Shown piece after piece: positions 40,029-53,382 of a stretch of DNA of 64,000 bases. Source of the DNA: Felis catus (lineage: Eukaryota); contig NC_058383.1 of assembly GCF_018350175.1 (NCBI RefSeq), forward strand, positions 21,702,001 to 21,766,000, written 5' to 3'. Below the pieces are notes generated by a model. It did not search any database. It had not been told where the DNA came from and saw only the letters and a list, made by a program, of their open reading frames with translations. A program made the position numbers and the translations under genes. Within the stretch, counting starts at the first letter, position 1; each line of letters begins with the position of its first letter.

Positions 40029-41978
40029 CTTCTAGCTCCCTTGATATTCTCCCCAAAGACTGTGGGGAGATCTCAAGGAAGAGAGCATGGACCCTGGAAA
40101 GAATTTTCCAGAGTCATTTATCAGGTCTATGATTCACTCTACCTGTGCCTCAGTTTACTCATCCATGAAATGAGTCATAAGGTTGCCATGGAGATTAAAT
40201 AAGTGTAACAATGATTTCAGGAGTAGATTCCTTAGTGCCCCTTACCCATTTAGCCCATCCCCCCCCCCACACCCCCTCTAGTAACCCTCAGTTTGTTCTC
40301 CATATTTAAGAGTCTCTTCTGTTTTGTCCCCCTCCCTGTTTTTATATTATTTTTGTTTCCCTTCCTTTATGTTCATCTGTTTTGTCTCTTAAAGTCCTCA
40401 TATGAGTAAAGTCATATGATTTTTGTCTTTCTCTGACTGACTAATTTCACTTAGCATAATACCCTCCAGTTCCATCCATGTAGTTGCAAATGGCAAGATT
40501 TCATTCTTTTTGATTGCTGAGTAATACTCCATTGTATATATATACCACATCTTCTTTATCCATTCATCCATCAGTGGACATTTGGGCTCTTTCCATACTT
40601 TGGCTATTGTTGATCATGCTGCTATAAACATTGGGGTGCATGTGTCCCTTGGAAACAGCACACCTGTATCCCGTGGATAAATGCCTAGTAGTGCCATTGC
40701 TGGGTTGTAGGGTAGTTCTATTTTTAGTTTTTTGAGGAACCTCCATACTGTTTTCCAGAGTGGCTGCACCAGCTTGCATTCCCATGGGTTGGCTACCTCT
40801 TAAATAGTGAAAATTTCAGAATTACATATATAGTAGGCTGCTAGCTGTTTAATTTTTTAAAAAAATGTACATAGCAACAGAATGTGGATTCTACAGAAAA
40901 ACAATCTGTTTAGAGAAGCATCTGGAAGGACACACTCCAAATTGAACAGGGGCTGGAGAAAGCAGCCTAGGATTGGTGATGGCAACCAAAGGGGACTTTA
41001 GCCTTACCTGTTACATTTTAATTATTTTTTTTAAAGGGGGATAGATTCATGTATTACTTATAAATTAAAATGACGTGCTAACAACCTAACTTACAATTAA
41101 AACAAAACAAGATGTGGGTGAGAGAGTAGTTCAAATGGCCCCAAGAAAGGGCACCCACGGAGCACCCTTTGCTTTTTGCCCTTGGGTCTTTTGCCCCCAA
41201 AGGGTTTCCATAACTATAGTTTTCTGTTGGTTTGAGAAAGAAACAAGGAGCCCTTTCTCTGAAATCTGGTCAACTCAGTGCTCCAAGTTCCAAAGATCTT
41301 CACGTTCTGGGTCTGTTCCTGTACTCTAGCAAACTCTAGGCAGCTCCCAGAGATGATAACCGTGGACGCACAAAGAGGAGATACGTGGGCAATGGAGACA
41401 GAGATAATCAAGAATTGTGGCGAAAAGCCTCACCAGGTCTTCAGGGCAGGCTTAACTATCCTTACCCTTTAAAAACCTTCATGCTTCCTCTCATGGAATA
41501 CACTGGAAATATTTCATTCATCTGATCGCACATAGCCTTCATAGTGAATTCATTCTCTCTTTCCTTTTCTTTTCTAATAGCACTGCTCCTAGCTTCTGAG
41601 AAACATGACTTTGGACCCTACTAAGTTACCACCATACCGTCAAAAAGGAAAACAGGGGCACCTGGGTGCCTCAGTTGGTTGAGTGTCTGGCTCTTGATTT
41701 CAGCTCAGGTCATGATCTCATGGTGGTGGGTTCGAGCCCCAGATGGGGCTTCTCTCTGACAGCATGGAGCCTGCTTGGGATTCTTTCTCTTCCTCTCTCT
41801 CTGCCCCTCCCCTGCTTGTGCTTGCTCTCTCTCTCCCAAAACAAACAAACAAACAAACAAATTAAATAAAACATTTTAAAAAAAGGAAAACAGAGTGTTG
41901 TTGGCTGGACCCACAATCTATTACCATTGTGCCATCTTGGGTGGCTTACTTTACGTGACTGGCTTTTGGTTCCCATAT
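40029..41978 (-). pseudogene. Ghost exon cluster: 41978-41950, 41617-41466, 41359-41166, 40059-40029
   Basis: Reads (D)MGTKSQSRK | GPKSCFSEARSSAIRKEKERENEFTMKAMCDQMNEIFPVYSMRGSMKVFK(G) | YHLWELPRVC*STGTDPEREDLWNLEH*VDQISEKG... | (V)FGENIKGAR(R). Phases 1>0>2>1>2 all join. The third segment has a mutated acceptor (GG) and a weak donor. Confidence 0.55.
40210..40785 (-). mobile_element. Relatively young carnivore/felid L1 3' fragment
   Basis: Well-preserved ttagcataataccctccagttccatccatgtagttgcaaatggcaagatttcattc. Confidence 0.88.
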
Positions 41979-42987
41979 CTATAAAATGGAAACTAAATAA
42001 AATAATATTTGTGAACAGATTGGAATAATGTTTTTGGTTTTCATGTAGTAGGCACCCAATAAATACCAGGGTTATTCTACCATTACAGAGTTACTCTTGT
42101 GTACCTAGTCAGTCACAGAGTACAGAAAGGTACCGTTTGTCAAAGCTCTTTGTTGATGGGGCACTGGGTGGCTCAGTCGGTTAAGCGTCGGACTCTTGTT
42201 TTCAGCTCAGGTCATATTCTCACAGTCATGAGATCGAGCCCCGTGTTGAGCCTGTTTAAGATTCTCTCTGCCCCTCCCTCACTCATACTCTCTCTCAAAA
42301 AACAAACAAAAAAACCCCCAAACTTTTTGTTGAGAAAAACCTCTACTTTGGAAAGCCATGGATTGGGAACTTCTGGCTTAGCAATTTCCCTTCCCTGACA
42401 AATCCTTATTCCTTTTTCCTTTTTAGAGTTTTTCTTCATGGGACAGATCACCATATAACCAATTCTGGAGGTGTGCTTATTCATTTTCTTTATTGTCTGC
42501 TCCTCCGCTAAGATATTGACGCTAGAAGGGCAGCAATTTGGGTCTGTCTCCTCCACTGCTCCGTCCCCAGCAGCTAGCACAGTACTGGCACAGAAGAGTT
42601 CCAAAAAATGTGTTGGATGAATGAACAAATATTCCTAAATTTTCTCCTGGCCTGTCATGTGGTCCCACAGTCTCAGGGCATTTGGAGCCTAAGGAATAAT
42701 CCTTGTCTGTGTGTATATATTACTTCCAGTCTTAGTGTTACCTTCGTTGTCCTTGGTCCACACACTCACACCGGATGTCCTACCTCTACTCTTAAATCCT
42801 ACTCACTTTCCTCACTACCACCAGAGGGCTCTTTTTACAGCATTAGATCCAGTCATGTTACTCTTCTCTACAAGATCCTATGTTGCCTCTTGATGGCTGG
42901 ATCTCCAGGCTACATGTTTATACCAGTTAGGATGCCCCCGGATGTTTCTTTTCCTTTTCCTCTTCTTTCTTTTTCTTTCCTTCTTTC

Positions 42988-43023
<36 letters not shown>

Positions 43024-43415
43024 TTCTTTTTTTTCTTTTCTTTTACCAACTGACTTAAACAATACAGAAATTAATCAAATCCAATAAAGAGTCCAGATGT
43101 GGAGTAGATTTCAAGTCTGATTTGACCCAGTGGTTCCTGCTCCAGTAGCCTGGGCTTTCGTCACGCATAGATTTCTTTCACAGGCTTGTAAAGAAAATAG
43201 CTTCAGTGCTGGCCTCACTTCTTCACCCAACAATGTCCAGAAGAGGAGGGACTGATGTATCTTGAGTGCTGTGAGTCCTTGTCTAAGTCATTGGGCCTCA
43301 ATAGACTGAGTTGGGTCATTGCCCATCCTTAACCCAGTTCTTGTCTCTGAGAGAATGCCATACTTGGATTGACGTAGATCTAGATTTCTGAATCACTGAC
43401 ATAAAAGATGAAATA

Positions 43416-43887
43416 CAGTAAAACCTTGGTTTGTGAGCATACTTTGTTCTGGAAACACGATTGTAACCCAAAGCACTTGTATATTGAAGTGAATTTCAAG
43501 AACCTTTGGCTCAGTTGTGATCACGTGACATTCGGTGTCACGTATGACTCATATTGCAAGACATCACTCGTTTTATTAAGTTAAAATTTATTAGAGGGGC
43601 ACCTGGGTGGCTCAGTCGGTTGAGCGTCCGACTTCAGCTCAGGTCATGATCTCACACTCCGTGGGTTTGAGCCCTGCGTCGGGCTCTGTGCTGACAGCTC
43701 AGAGCCTGGAGCCTGCTACAGATTCTGTGTCTCCCCCTCTCTCTGCCCCTCCCCTGCTCATGCTCTGTCTCTCTCTGTCTCAAAAATAAATAAAAACATT
43801 AAATAATTTAAAAAAATGTATTAGAAATGCTTGCTAGTCTTGTGGAACACTCACAGAGCAAGCTACTCACAATCCCAGGTTTTACTG
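43416..43887. mobile_element. TcMar/Tigger-type MITE with nested SINE (43597-43815)
   Basis: TA-flanked terminal inverted repeats cagtaaaaccttggtttgtgag / ctcacaatcccaggttttactg. Confidence 0.82.
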
Positions 43888-44349
43888 TATTTCATAGCAT
43901 CCCATACACTATTGCTTCAATGACCATAGTTGTTATTTTGAATATATGTGAGTAAATGAGTAAATGAAGGAGTAGGGTTTCACCTGCCAGGAAAAAAAAA
44001 AAAAAGAAGGATGTACAAGAAAGTTGGGACAGTCCATAAAGCCGTGGCTTCTTCTTCTTTTTTTTTTTAATGTTTATTTATTTATTTTTGAGAGAGTGAC
44101 AGTATGCAAGCAGGGGAGGGGCAGAGAGAGTGGGAGAGAATCCCAAGCAGGCTTTGCACCATGAGTACAGAGCCTGATTCGGGACTTGAGCTCATGAACT
44201 GTACATCATGACCTGAGCCGAAACCAAGAGGCAGTTGCTTGACTGATCTACCCAGGTGCCCCTAAAGCCATGTCTTCTTAAGATTTGTTACAACCAGAGC
44301 CTAGTGTGGTGGGCTAGGAAGAATTTCCAGAAATTGAATGATGGGACTA

Positions 44350-44801
44350 TTCAGAGAAACAGAAATAATAGGAAGCATAGATAAGGAGATTTATTATAAG
44401 GAATTGATTCACATGATTATGGAGGATAAGAAATCTGAACCCAGGAGAACCAGTGGTATTGTTCTAGACCAAGTCTGAAGGTCTGAGACCCAGGAGAGCC
44501 AGCGGTATAAACTGTAGCCTGAGTCTGAGTCTGAAGGCAGAAGACTAATGTCCCAGCTTGAATACCGTCAGGCAGAGAGAGAAAATTCTTTCTTATTCAG
44601 CCTCTTATTCTGTTTGGGCCTTCAACAGATTAGATGAGGCCCACCCACACTGGGTAGAACAATCTGCTTTCCTCAGTCTACCAATTCCAGTGGTAATCAC
44701 ATCCAGAAACACTCTCACAGACACATCCAGAAATAATGTTTAACCAAATATCTGGACACCCTGTGGCCCAGTCAAGTTGACACATAAAATTAACCATTAC
44801 A
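44350..44801 (-). mobile_element. MLT2-like ERVL LTR
   Basis: gagatttattataaggaattg...ccagtcaagttgacacataaaattaacca. Confidence 0.8.
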
Positions 44802-45859
44802 ATGGTTCTTAGTCAAATTGTATGGGTGACAGTGAGGTTGGACTTACTTGTTAGCTGTTCAATCACTCACATATTCACTGATCTCCTGCTCCACAGACTA
44901 TGCTAGGAGGTGGGAATAAGATGGGGAAATAATGCAGATATGATCCTTGACCTCAAGGAGGTAGGGGAAGGTACAGATGTTGAATAGCTAATTATCTAGA
45001 TGCTACCTCCTCTGGTAAGGCCTCTCTCACTGCTCATCCTCCAATTCTCCACGAAGACCCAGCATCTCCCTCCTCTGAGCTCCCGGGGTGCCCAGAGGTA
45101 GTGGCGATAATACAACAGATCTAAGACTATTGTCCCAGGTGCATGCATTCACTCATTCAAACCTCAGACAGCTCTGTGCAGTGGGCACTAGGTCAGTCCC
45201 TGCTGAACAGACAGGTTATCTAACTTGCCCCAGGACACAGAGCTGATAAGTGATAGAGCTGAGACCTGAATCAGTCAGTGCCACTCCAGAAGGCAGACTC
45301 TTAACCACCGTGCTCTGGAATGCCCCAAGTGGGTATGCCCGTTTTACAGATGAGAAGGCCAAGCCTCGGGCTAGGACTTGCATAAGGCCATGGAGTTTGG
45401 GAGCTGGATCTGAATGCGGGCAGGTGGCAGAGGTTGAGCTTGCCACCACAGTTGCGTAGCACCCTGCAGAGTCCTCTGTCAAGGCACGAGGCATGTTGGA
45501 TAGTGTTTAGTCACTCCCACTCCTGTCCCCATTCTCGAGTGGACATGCTCCTCAGACAGACTAAAGACGCAATCTATTCCCCCTCGCTTCTTCAGCTCCA
45601 GTAGAGTTTGGCATTTAATCCAGTACACACATGTTTGTTGAATGAATGAAACAACTACTAAAAAAAATATATGAATGAATGAATGAATGAATGAATGAAT
45701 GTTAGTGACATTTCCAGACTCAGGGCATGACCTGTGATTAGGAGGCGCTCAGAAATATTCTTAGCAAACTGGGGTCGCGTGTGAGCCTCCCTTTCCTCAG
45801 CCGCAGGAAGCAACAAAACCCTTGAAAAGGAAGAAAGAAAGAAAATGGGGCGTAGCAAG

Positions 45860-46100
45860 GATTCCGGGTTGGATTCCATGACGTCACCCTCAAGTTGGAT
45901 GTCTGGGCCGGTAAACAAAGGCTCTTGTGACATGGGCCCTGGCTGGGCTGCCCACCCGGCTGGCGTGGGGGAGGCAGCTAAAGCGGCCTGCCTCAACCCT
46001 GGCCTCCGCCCCAAGCTTTAGCCCAGACGTCTCTGCATTCAGCAGGTATCTCGTCCAAGGGAAAACCAGGACAGGAAATCACGTTGCCATGGAGACCAGA
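45860..46100. promoter_or_regulatory. Motif cluster: CRE TGACGTCA (45879-45886), forkhead GTAAACAA (45911-45918), GC box (~46006), RFX X-box GTTGCCATGGAGAC (46083-46096)
   Basis: Motifs read directly in non-repetitive, moderately CpG-retaining DNA. Function is inferred. Confidence 0.45.
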
Positions 46101-47087
46101 GAGGCCCTTCCAGACACAGGGGAAAATAAACACGTTCTGGTTGGACTTAACCCCCACGAAGCCAGGGTAGCCTCACCTCCTAGTCTGAGAGGTCCTGATT
46201 TTCACTAGAAATGCCCAAGGGCCCTCAGCACCAAGGGCTGCGCGGCCACCCCAGCCCCCTCAGTGTCTCTGGGGGCAGTGTCACCCCGGGGCTGAAGGAG
46301 GAAGCCATTTTTCTTTGCCCAGAAGACCTCCTCCTCAGTCTCCTTCGCAGCTGAAAGCTTAATGCTGATAAGGATTACCATTTATTTGGTGCCTGCTGTG
46401 TGCTGGGCACATTTCTACACACTGTAAGTCTATGAGCTCATTCAATCCTCACGACAATCCAATGAGAAAGGCATTGTTCTTATTATCATGCCCATTTTAC
46501 TGACGAGGAAACTGAGACACAGAAAGACTAAGTGACTCGTCCAGGGTCGTCAGATAGTTGATGGTGGCACCAGAACATGAGATGTTTGAGAGTTCAGGGG
46601 CAGCAGAGTACAGGGCTCTGAAGCCTCCAAAACTAGCTGTGTGACCTTGAGCAAGTGAAGTCATCTCTCTGAGCCTCAGTTTTCCCGTTGGTATAGAGGC
46701 ACCTACCTTGAGGGACTGTTGTGGGGTTAAATTTGATGCACGTTTATGGGGCACTCACTGTATGCGAGGCACTACAGTACTGAGGAAACAAAGACACGTT
46801 CAGTCCCACAATCACGCTGTGGGCAGGTGCATTCAGGACAGAGGGAAGTGTCCTTCTGGAAGCCCTAAGGCAGGAAGGAGTTGGCCCCTTGGAAGAACTG
46901 GAAAAAGGCCAGAGGGGCTGAAGCTCCCAGCACCACGGAGGCGAGTGCCAGAAGCTGGATCACACGGGCCCCGCGGTAGATTTATCTCTAACCGGAAGAG
47001 GTGGGGTTTGTTCCCAGGCCTGACATCCAGCGAACACAGAAGAAAGTCAGGTTTCATGGGCGCCGTTCTGCCTGAAGGGGTTCAGAC

Positions 47088-47380
47088 TAGGGGTTGGCTA
47101 ATTGCGGACTGGGGGCTAATTCTGGCTTGCCTCTCGTTGGCCCACGAATTAAGAACGGTTTGAGAAATTTTAAGTCATTGGAAAAGAATAAAAAAATATT
47201 ATTTTGCGACAGGAAATATAGATTTCAGTGTCCATAAATAAAGGTTTATTGGAACCCAGCTGCACCCACGTTTACTGACGGGTCTCTGGTGGCTTTGGCC
47301 CTGGGAAGGCAGAGGTGAGCAGCTGTGACAAAGATGTAGGGTCCATAAAGCCAAAAACATCGAATGTTTGGCCCTTTAGA
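47088..47380 (+). mobile_element. MER58-like hAT element
   Basis: ataaataaaggtttattggaacccagc...tggcccttta. Confidence 0.65.
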
Positions 47381-49889
47381 GCCCTAGACGAGACGCCTCT
47401 GGCTTTGGGGAGCAGAGTCTAACTAAGGAGAGATGTCACCTCAGGGCCTTTGCAGGGCAGGAGAGGCCAGGAGGCAGCTGCCCTCCGTGACTTAGAGTAG
47501 ACACGAGAAAAATGAGCCCCGTGCTCCACATGTTTTCACTCATGAAGCCCTCACGACAGTCCTTCTGAAATAAGTGCCATGATTACCCTCACTTTACAGA
47601 GGGACAGACAGAACCAGGATGAGCTAAGGAGCTTGCCCAGGGTTACACAGCCCCGGGGGGAGGGGGTGCAGAGCAGGACTTGAACTTGAGCAGTTGCGTC
47701 CAGAATCAGACTTGCAGCCTGCACTGTCACCTCTCCTGGGCGCGCCTCCATGGTGGCTGGGGACTCGTCTACCCGCCCTGAGCTACCACCTCGCGTGTCA
47801 CAGAAGCTACAGGAGAGTTTGGATCCACAGCTTTGCCCTGTGTTGGGGAATTTCAACATTCGACAACAGGTTTGTGCTGACTATTGCCTATGTGCCCTCA
47901 GATCCAAGCTCCACGGCCCTCAAGAGCACAGAGCTCGGGAGCGCTCGAAAACTAGTGTGACCTTGGGCAAGTTAGGTAATCTCTCTGAGCCTCAGTTTCC
48001 CCCATTGAAACGTAAGTGCCTACCTTGAAGAATTGCTGTGAGTGTTATATTCAACGACACATTTATCGAGCACTTACTGTATGCTGTATGCCTTATGCCT
48101 CGGAAGGCCAAGTGCACAGACTATTCAAAGGGCTCCCTTGCCCTCTGGCTGCCCATTGGTTTTGACCCAGAGGGAGTCCCAGAAGGTGACGGGGAAGAGG
48201 GGGAAGGAGGAGAGTAGGATTGGGGGTACTAAATTGCCAGCTTCCTTCCTGTCGGGTCCCTGGGTGCCTAAGGGTGACAGAGCCAGCCCCTCCACGTGGG
48301 CCTGTCAGGGTCCAGGCAACAGTAGTTAGCCGCCCTTCTGCCAGCCTCTGCAGGCCTCGGGTGGTAACAGAGCCTTCCGTACCTAGTCCTTGCGGATGCC
48401 TGAGGCGCTCTGATACCCCACCCTCCTTTGGAAAGGGTCCCTTTGTTAAACATTGCTCAAATTACCTAATTTGAGTGTGCCTTCTCTTTCCTGCTGGGAC
48501 CCCGACTGTGGCACTCTTCATTTAAATGAATTTCCCAAGCACGCTGGGTAGGCTCAGTGCATTCTGCCTGGTGTCCGTTCCCCAGTACAATATTGACAGT
48601 TGAATAGCCATAGAGATGAATACAGAATCAAACCAACTGTCTACCAATAGTTGACTAGGTAAAGGACTCAGTGGGTATTTTTGGAGTACCTACTAGGCTT
48701 CAAGCACTGTGCCAACCCCCAAGGACAGAGCGGGAAGCGTACGCAGAAAAAAAAAAATTAATAGTTCCATATGTGTGAGTATAGAAAGATGCCCATGATG
48801 TATCATTAACAAAAAAGATCAGTGGCTTAGTTGGTTAAGCATCTGACTCTTCAATTTGGCTCAGGTCATGATCTCACAGTTTGTGAGTTCAGGCCCCTTT
48901 ATCAGGCTCTGTGCTCACAGGGTGGAGCCTGTTTGGGATTCTCTGTCTCTGCTCTTCTCTCTCTCAAAAATAAATACATATTTCTTTTTTAAAAAAGAAA
49001 ACTCCAGGCTACAGAACACTAAGTGAAGTAGGATCCCATTTGTATTTTTTGGCTTAGAAAAAAGTATGGAAGAATATAGAACAAACTGTTAATAACGGTT
49101 AACTGGGGAGCTGGGACTTATCACAGACTTTCCTCTTTTATTTTACACAGTCTGTATTATTTGAGTTTTCCTGGAATAAGCTTTACTAATTAAAGAAATT
49201 TCCATTTTGAACAACCAAACCACTATGTCTCCTTCCTTCCTTCTCAGAGTAATATTTGCTTTTGCAATTATCCATCAATACATGCTTGGAGTCAAACTTT
49301 CAAAAACTATAGACAAAGCTTAAGTCCTTCTTAACCACCCCAAGGTAACCACTGCTATCTCTGGATATGGTTAGCTCCAGAATTATTTTGCATTTTACAT
49401 GCATTTGCATACACTTACACATAGCTATAGACAATATTTTGTGTGTTGTGTTGGAGTTTTTTCTTTTACGTGAATGATACCCTACGTTAAGTATTACTCT
49501 GCACCTTGTTTTTTTAAACATTTTTTAAAAAATATGTTTTTATTTGTTTTTGAGAGAGAGACAGAGCGTAAGCAGGGGAGGGGCAGAGAGAGAGGGAGAC
49601 ACAGAGTCTGAAGCAGGCTCCAGGCTCTGAGCTGTCAGCACAGAGCCCGACGTGGGGCTCAAACTCGTGAGCCACGAGATCATGACCAGAGCCGAAATCG
49701 GATGCCTAACCAACTGGGCCACCCAGGCACCCCTGCACCTTGCTTTTTAAAATCCAGTGTCTTGAAAGCCTTTTCACATTAGTATAGATTGACTTAGCTT
49801 CTCTTAACCACTCCAAAATATTCATAGTATGGGTATACCACAGTTAATGTCAGTTATTAGAGATCGCAGTTTGAAATTAAGCCTTAGGT

Positions 49890-50400
49890 CATGTATTAGT
49901 TATCTATATTTACATAGCAAATCACCATGGAATTTAGCAGCTTAAAACAATAAATATTTATTATCTTACAGTTTCTGTGGATCAGGGTCTCCCACAAGGC
50001 TGCAGGCAAGGTGTTGGCCGGGACTATAGTTTCATCTGTGGCTCAAGTGGGGGAGAATCCAATTCCCAGCTCACTCACATGGTTGTTGAGGGGTCTCCTT
50101 GCTGGCTGTTGGTTGGAGGGTCTTCCTCAGTTCCTTGCCATGAAGGTCATTCCACTCGATAGCTCACAACATAGTAGCTGTCTTCCCTCAGAGAGAGCAA
50201 GCGAGAAAAGGCATGCAAAAAGGAAGCCAGAGTCTTTTTGTCACCTAATCTTAGAAGTGACATCCTGTCACTTCTTTTGCCATATTCTATGCACTAGAAG
50301 TGATTCACTAGGCTCAGCCCAAGCGTAAGGGGAGGAAATTATATAAGGGCACGAACATAAGAAGTCAAGAATCATTGGGAACCATCTTGGAGGTCGTCTG
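49890..50400 (-). mobile_element. MLT1-like MaLR LTR
   Basis: tgtattagtt...gcttaaaacaataaatatttattatcttacagtttctgtgg. Confidence 0.75.
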
Positions 50401-51336
50401 CTGTTGGAAAGATAATCCAGCAATTACATGAACCATGGATATAAAGAGGAAGCACGCGTAGCTCAAGCACAGACTGCTCATCAATTCAGCAAATACGTAT
50501 TGAGTACCTACTTTGTGCTTAGGCGCTGTCCTAGTATAGGGGATACAATGATGAACAAGACAGACCAAGCTGCAGACAGACCTCATGGAGTTCACAGTAC
50601 AGCAGAGGCAAGAAAAAGCAACTGGAGTATAAGCTTAAGGAAGAAGAGAGAGCGGTCATGCAATTCACAAGTGATGTCACAAGTAAACTCACCACAGCCT
50701 GTGACCGATTAGATGCGGTGAGTGAAGGGGAGGGAGGAGATCAGGGTGACTCCCGTGTTTTAAGGTCGGACAATTGGTGGACTCTGGTGCCCTTGCTTGA
50801 GGGGAAGAAACCTGGAGGCGGAATAGACTCAGGGAAGATACTAAGCCGAGTGTTGGACATGTTGAGTTTAAGGGTCAAGGGTCAACTGGACACCAACCTA
50901 GGAGCTCAGAAGGGATGCCTGAACTGGAGACAGAAAATAAGGCATAAGTGGCATGGTGGTGGCATTTAAAGCTACATCAGTGACTACAGTGAGAATAGAA
51001 GGCTGGTGGGACCCTGATGACTGGGAACATCTAAGGGGTGGGGAAAAGGAAAGAGAAGGGCAAAAGGAAGGAGGAAAAAGGAAGGAGAAGGTGAGGAAGA
51101 AGTCAGGGAGACAAGGAGGGGATGCCATGGATTCTGCAGGAGGAAAGAATCGGAAAATAAAGGAGTTATCAGATACATCAAACTCAGTCAAGAAATCAAG
51201 ATGTCTCCCTTGGCGCAAAAAGGAGGCCGTAGGTGACCGTGATGAGAGGAGTTTCCGGTGGGCACAGTTTCAGAAGTGGTGACTGGGAAGTGGAGACAGT
51301 TGAGGAACAGAGCTAGTGAGTGCAAATCACTCTCAC

Positions 51337-52244
51337 CTGCTTTCACTCATTGGCACGTATGTGAATTCTGAGGCATTATCTGAATTAAATGTCCATCCTT
51401 GCAGTTATTTTAGTGTCTGGGAGGCTGCCAGCAATTCCTTTTTCATTGAGTCCTGTTGCTTTGGTTGGGAACCATTCCATTAGGCAAGAAGAAAAGGATT
51501 GCTTTCGACAGGTGGGGAAAGAGAGGGGAGAGAAACCAGCCAGGGTGGCGCATCCTTCTGGACTGTGGTTGTGAAGATGTGGGACCTCCAGTAAACAGAG
51601 AAGCAAAGATCTCCAGGAGCACAATGGCGGGTATGGCACAAACGCCTGGATCCCATGTGGGTATTCAACATCGCTTTTCTAAGATGAATCTTCGGGGCCC
51701 CTGGATGGCTCAGTCAGTTAAGCATCCAACTTCGGCTCAGGTCATGATCTCACGGCTCCTGAGTTCGAGCCCCGCGTTGGGCTCTGTGCTGACCGCTCAG
51801 AGCCTGGAGCCCGCTTCAGATTCTGTGTCTCCCTCACTCTCTGCTCCTCCCCCGCTTGTGTTCTGTCTCTTGCTCTTTCTCAAAAATAAATAAACGTTAA
51901 AAAATTTTTAAATGAATCTTCATCCAAAGCTGAAATGCATTCATATCCTATAGCAACCTGGAGTTTTAGGAAATCCAGGCATCTATTATTTAAGTAGGAA
52001 GAATCATAGCTTTCCTCACGTGAAATGTCTTCGTGTACTTCTTTTGCAATTTCGGTTTGTTCTCTCTGTCCACCAGAAGCCTTGCCTACCCCCTTGGGAT
52101 CTGAAAACCGTACGAAACTGGCAGTGTTGGCTGGAAAACTGGAGTGGATTAACCAAGATGGGTCGTGTGGAAGCCTTTCCATAACCCTCTTGTGATCCCT
52201 TCTAAACAAGTTGATGAACATGACTGCTCAAGATTTAGTCCAAC
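51337..52244 (-). pseudogene. Ghost exon interrupted by a SINE at 51693-51910
   Basis: The frame ...ECISALDEDS resumes as S*KSDVEYPHGIQAFVPYPP... after removing the SINE and one TSD copy (atgaatctt). Donor AGCAG|gtgaga. Confidence 0.55.
51693..51910 (+). mobile_element. Can-SINE inserted in a ghost exon
   Basis: Consensus sequence; TSD atgaatctt. Confidence 0.92.
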
Positions 52245-52521
52245 CTGTACGTGTGTGTGTTGGGAGAGGGGTATTTTAAGAGAGTATTTACTCATGCTTA
52301 AAAGGATCACGTTTCAGGGTGTCCGCTTCTGTCACAATGCACTGAGCAGTGTACCTGCTTTTGTGTGTCACTGTGTAGCAATGGTGAGGACACCCCACCT
52401 CCACCTGCTGTCCTTACAAGGGTCTATTACTTGCAAAATCCCTTCCTGGTTAGTCCCAAATTATTCAGTCCACCCAGGAAAACCGGTACCTCCCTGTTTG
52501 CGGGTCTACCAAATCACTTAC

Positions 52522-52545
52522 TTGCCATTTTACTGTTAGAATCAC
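52522..52545 (-). pseudogene. 24-nt micro-exon candidate
   Basis: cttactttttgtttccaatttgtag|GTGATTCTAACAGTAAAATGGCAA|gtaagt; both splice sites are near-consensus and the length is frame-neutral. Confidence 0.55.
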
Positions 52546-52790
52546 CTACAAATTGGAAACAAAAAGTAAGCCATTGGTAAACATTAGCATTCTCCCTGAA
52601 TGGCTTTCCATTGGGAAGTAGCATTTAGAAAGAGGTACCTCGGGCTGGAAAATTTCGGAACTAATTTGTCGATGGCATTTTCATGTTTACCTGCCTTCCC
52701 CCAAATCATTCCCCCCGCTCTTTTGTTTTTATTTTAAACCAACCTCCCCTCCCCCCATTTCATTTTATTAACTCATGTTCAGACACTGAC

Positions 52791-53382
52791 CTGTGTTTAG
52801 GATCCAAAAACAGTTAACTTTTGCAAAATGGTATTGTCAATAAAAATGACTTGCAATCTGTAGATTTTACTCCCTGGAAGAGACTCATGATGCTTCCGGG
52901 TGTGATGTGATGTTCCCTCAACCAGCCTTTGATCACCTATGACAAAACCTCCAGCGGTTTTGTGTAGCCTTTTCCATCGTCTCTCTTCCACATGGCAATG
53001 ATTCCGGGGAGGGAACCATGGCTGTATTGCATCACCAATTTTAGCTTTAAGGCCACTGCCAGTTCTTTCCCATCACAGGGAAGCCAGAAGCTCCATGATT
53101 CTATTCTTCTTGGTTAATTTCCTCTGCATTTCCCAAGTTCTTCTTCTGTTGTATTGATACAACTTTCTCCTGTGTCATTTCTGCTTTTCCTGCCTTCAGT
53201 GAAATTTTAACCAAGTTGATCCTTTCTATCCATTTCTTCTTTTCATTCTTGGTTTATAACCTGCCCTTGTATCTCATTGAGTAGAGACCATTTTTCAAAC
53301 AGGCTGCCTTCTTGGCAGTAAATGTTTGTATCTGGAGAGAGATTTTCTTCCGAGCTCTTTGATCTTTGTAATTTGCCTCAGG
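52791..53382 (-). pseudogene. Ghost exon PEANYKDQRARKKISLQIQ...KNEKKKWIERINLVKISLK...HVEERRWKRLHKTAGG...
   Basis: tttaacag| acceptor and CAG|gtcagt donor. Purine-rich coding-like minus strand with several stops and a frameshift. Confidence 0.5.

Larger units (their letters stand above)
45732..47806 (-). pseudogene. Ghost exon cluster: 47806-47731, 47490-47440, 46350-46177, ~46106-45732
   Basis: Acceptors ctcctgtag, ctactctaag and ctttcag; donors GAG|gtgaca (x2), GAG|gtgagg and ACAG|gtcatg. Phases 2>0, 0>0, 0>0, 0>1, with a frameshift needed in the last segment. Confidence 0.45.

Noticed and set aside
40182..40195. X-box-like GTTGCCATGGAGAT
   Set aside because: Lies within a MIR-like remnant and is a weaker match; likely chance.
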